DNA of 62,809 nucleotides, the filler included. It is 6 parts of 6 records of this genome, joined end to end, with 100 filler letters (N's around TTAATTAATTAA, not from the genome) between each part and the next. Parts side by side here need not be neighbours in the genome. Positions count along the whole stretch, not along the records: positions 52,265 to 62,809 come from SRR31156797_12077; 5 more parts are not named here. One strand, 5' to 3'. Below, one piece after another: positions 59,877-62,809 of the stretch. The translations under genes were made by a program, and so were the position numbers. The notes beneath the pieces are model-generated. The model ran no database searches. It was not told the DNA's origin and saw nothing but the letters and a program-made list of their open reading frames with translations. How positions within the stretch are numbered: the first letter of the stretch is position 1; each line of letters opens with the position of its first letter.

Positions 59877-62429
59877 TTACAGATCTCTTCTCTGATATAG
59901 AGCATCCTCCATATCCATTTCGTTAAACTGCATGTATCTGTAAACTTCAGCTTCATGCTCCTGGATCTTATCTTTATAGATTTCCATATACTCGGCTGGA
60001 GTAGGTAATTTTCCTAATACTGAAACTACAGCACCAAGTTCAGCAGATCCCAAGTAAACTTGAGCTCCTGTACCCATACGGTTGTTAAAGTTACGAGTTG
60101 AAGTAGAGTAAACATTTACTTTATCCGGTACACGAAGTTGGTTACCCATACATAGTGAACATCCTGGAGTCTCGATACGAACACCTAACTGAGAGAAAGT
60201 TGAGAATGTAGCTTCTTCTTTCAATACTGCAGCATCCATACGTGTTGGAGGTGCCATATATGTTCTTACCTTATCAGAAGGAGTTAATCCTTTCCAAACT
60301 TTTTCACAAGCACGGAAGTGACCAATGTTTGTCATACATGAACCAATAAATACATCCTGAATTTCAGTATTCTGAACATCAGAAAGTAGTTTTACATCAT
60401 CTGGATCATTAGGGCAACAAAGGATAGGCTCAGTAATATCAGCAAGATCGATTTCGATAGTTGCAGCATATTCTGCATTTTCGTCTCTTTCTAACAATAC
60501 TGGGTTTGCCAACCACTCGTTACAAGCATCGATACGATTCTGAATAGTCTGAGCATCATCGTAACCAAGCTTGATCATTGATTCCATCAAGGCAACGTTA
60601 GACTTCACATATTCAATAACACGCTCCTCTGATAACTTGATACAACCAGCAGCAGCAGAACGCTCTGCAGTCGCATCAGTTAATTCGAAAGCCTGCTCAA
60701 CTGTAATATCCTCAAGACCTTCCATCTCGATAATCTTACCGTTGAAAATATTGATTTTGTTTTTCTTAGGAACAGTTAACTGTCCATTCTGAATAGCAAA
60801 ATATGGAATAGCATTTACCACATCACGCAAAGTGATACCTGGGTTAAGCTTACCTTTAAATTTAATTAATACAGATTCTGGCATATCCAATGGCATGAAT
60901 CCTAATGCACCTGCAAAAGCAACCAAACCAGAACCCGCTGGGAATGAAATACCCAATGGGAAACGAGTATGAGAGTCACCACCTGTACCAACAGTATCAG
61001 GAACCAATAGACGGTTCAACCAAGAGTGAATTACACCATCACCTTGCTTCAAAGGCACACCTTTACGCTCAGACATGAACTTAGGCATAGATTTGTGCAT
61101 TGCCACGTCAGTTGCTTTAGGATAAGCAGCAGTATGACAAAAAGATTGCATGAACATTGGAGCTTCAAACTTCAAACATGCCAACTCCTTGATCTCATCA
61201 CGAGTCATAGGACCAGTTGTATCCTGAGATCCAACAGTTGTCATTTTTGGAGCACATGATGTTCCCGGCAATACACCTTCAACACCACAAGCTTTACCAA
61301 CCATTTTCTGAGCCATAGTATAACCCTGGTTAGCCTTTGGCTGTGGATTGTTAGCTACTTTGAAAATATCGGTAGCTGGAAGTCCAAGTAAAGCACGAGA
61401 TTTCTCAGTCAATGCTTTACCAATAATCAATGGAATACGTCCACCAGCTCTGTACTCATCAGTTAAAGTATCAGGAGCTAAAGTATAAGTAGAGATTACT
61501 TCACCGTCGCGAGTAATTTCACCTTTTACATTGTTGATGATGATTTCATCGCCAGTATTTAATACAGAAACATCAGTTGTGATTGGTAATCCACCTGAAT
61601 CCTGTGTAGTGTTATAGAAAATTGGAGCAATAGCACCACCAATTACCACACCAGCAGTACGCTTGTTTGGTACACATGGGATATCCTCACCAATGTGCCA
61701 TAGTAATGAGTTAGCAGCTGATTTACGAGAAGAACCAGTACCTACAACGTCACCTACGAAAGCAACTTTATGACCGTCTTTTCTGTAACCTGCGATAGTT
61801 TCGATTCCATCTTCGAAACGACCAGCACCCATCGCTAAAGCGTGCAATGGAATATCAGGACGAGTAAACGCCTGAGATGCAGGAGAGAAATCATCAGTAT
61901 TAATCTCACCTTCTACTTTGTAAACCTTAAGTTTGATTTCTTCTGGCAATTCTTCACGAGTGGTGAACCACTCAGCATTTGCCCAAGACTCAATCACACT
62001 CTTGGCAGCAGCATTGTTTTTAGAAAGCTCTGCTACAGTTTCGAAAGCATCATAAACAAGGATAATTCCTTTAAGAGCTTCTGCAGCCTCTTCAGCTAAA
62101 GCTTCATCTTTTAAAGCCTCAACCAATACGGTCACATTGTAACCACCCATCATAGTTCCTAAAATCTTAATTGCTTCAGATTTTGAGATGATTGGTGAAC
62201 TCAATTCGCCTCTTAAAAGCTGTCCTAAAAATTCAGCTTTTACTTTTGTTGAATCATCAACTCCAGGAGCGATTCTTTCTTTGAATAAATGCAATAGAAA
62301 ATCCTCTTTCCCTTGGATAGGATTTTGCAATAACTCGCAAAGTTCTGCAGTCTGTTCTGCATTTAATGGCAAAGCCGGGATACCTTTGGTAGCGCGGGCT
62401 GCTTCGTGTTTTAAGTATGCGTCAATCAT
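59877..62429 (-). CDS. acnB: Aconitate hydratase B
   Basis: LGTMMGGYN, NTDDFSPA, GTGSSRKSA, SQDTTGPMT, GDSHTRFP, GSCMTNIG, GCSLCMGNQ. Confidence 0.96.
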   Translation of the reverse strand: MIDAYLKHEAARATKGIPALPLNAEQTAELCELLQNPIQGKEDFLLHLFKERIAPGVDDSTKVKAEFLGQLLRGELSSPIISKSEAIKILGTMMGGYNVTVLVEALKDEALAEEAAEALKGIILVYDAFETVAELSKNNAAAKSVIESWANAEWFTTREELPEEIKLKVYKVEGEINTDDFSPASQAFTRPDIPLHALAMGAGRFEDGIETIAGYRKDGHKVAFVGDVVGTGSSRKSAANSLLWHIGEDIPCVPNKRTAGVVIGGAIAPIFYNTTQDSGGLPITTDVSVLNTGDEIIINNVKGEITRDGEVISTYTLAPDTLTDEYRAGGRIPLIIGKALTEKSRALLGLPATDIFKVANNPQPKANQGYTMAQKMVGKACGVEGVLPGTSCAPKMTTVGSQDTTGPMTRDEIKELACLKFEAPMFMQSFCHTAAYPKATDVAMHKSMPKFMSERKGVPLKQGDGVIHSWLNRLLVPDTVGTGGDSHTRFPLGISFPAGSGLVAFAGALGFMPLDMPESVLIKFKGKLNPGITLRDVVNAIPYFAIQNGQLTVPKKNKINIFNGKIIEMEGLEDITVEQAFELTDATAERSAAAGCIKLSEERVIEYVKSNVALMESMIKLGYDDAQTIQNRIDACNEWLANPVLLERDENAEYAATIEIDLADITEPILCCPNDPDDVKLLSDVQNTEIQDVFIGSCMTNIGHFRACEKVWKGLTPSDKVRTYMAPPTRMDAAVLKEEATFSTFSQLGVRIETPGCSLCMGNQLRVPDKVNVYSTSTRNFNNRMGTGAQVYLGSAELGAVVSVLGKLPTPAEYMEIYKDKIQEHEAEVYRYMQFNEMDMEDALYQRRDL

Positions 62430-62570
62430 TGGTTTGTTGATACGATTTTGTCGTAAAAGTTACTAGTGTATTATTAATAAAGAATTATTCCTTTATTCGT
62501 AACAAACATATGGTTTTTCTATTAACACAATACATAAAAATATGTGTTTTACATCATATTTTAGGGCACA

Positions 62571-62597
62571 AAAAAAGCTCCCTGTAAGGGAGCTTTT
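62571..62597 (-). terminator. Intrinsic terminator of gap
   Basis: AAAAGCTCCC-TGTAA-GGGAGCTTTT. Confidence 0.8.
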
Positions 62598-62616
62598 AGC
62601 ATGTATTTTGATAGGA

Positions 62617-62808
<192 letters not shown>

Positions 62809-62809
62809 A

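Overview
The window is not one locus. It is six unrelated contigs joined by artificial 100-bp linkers (44 N + TTAATTAATTAA + 44 N). Taxonomy below is inferred from protein style. (1) 1-6637: Methanosarcinaceae-like archaeon (FAH hydrolase, wHTH protein, gltX, DUF523-DUF1722, PAS histidine kinase). (2) 6738-15326: marine Bacteroidales (acyl-CoA carboxylase genes, alaS, heptamer-repeat intergenic elements). (3) 15427-30614: an apparently complete ~15.2-kb integrative element, probably deltaproteobacterial, with tRNA-Arg(CCT) att sequence at both ends. It has an integrase-AlpA-primase/helicase core, no capsid, terminase or conjugation genes, a decayed phage polyvalent-protein gene with nested +1-frame ORFs, and a sulfatase / OM barrel / Tat PBP / DUF3302-HlyD-TolC cargo. 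(4) 30715-41618: Desulfobacteraceae-like (hybrid kinase, GGDEF, xth, pentaheme cytochrome, orphan TssB-TssC fusion, cooS, Zn-ribbon gene with triplicated 3' end, rubrerythrin-like, icd). (5) 41719-52164: unidentified bacterium (Lon-like protease, YigZ, hisC, mutS). (6) 52265-62809: Marinifilaceae-like Bacteroidota (ffs, glycosyltransferases, miaA, acnB, gap). The best candidate for a new system is the satellite/tycheposon-like element of contig 3. Secondary candidates are the orphan single-chain T6SS sheath gene and the tandem alternative C-terminal tails at 40.35-40.47 kb.
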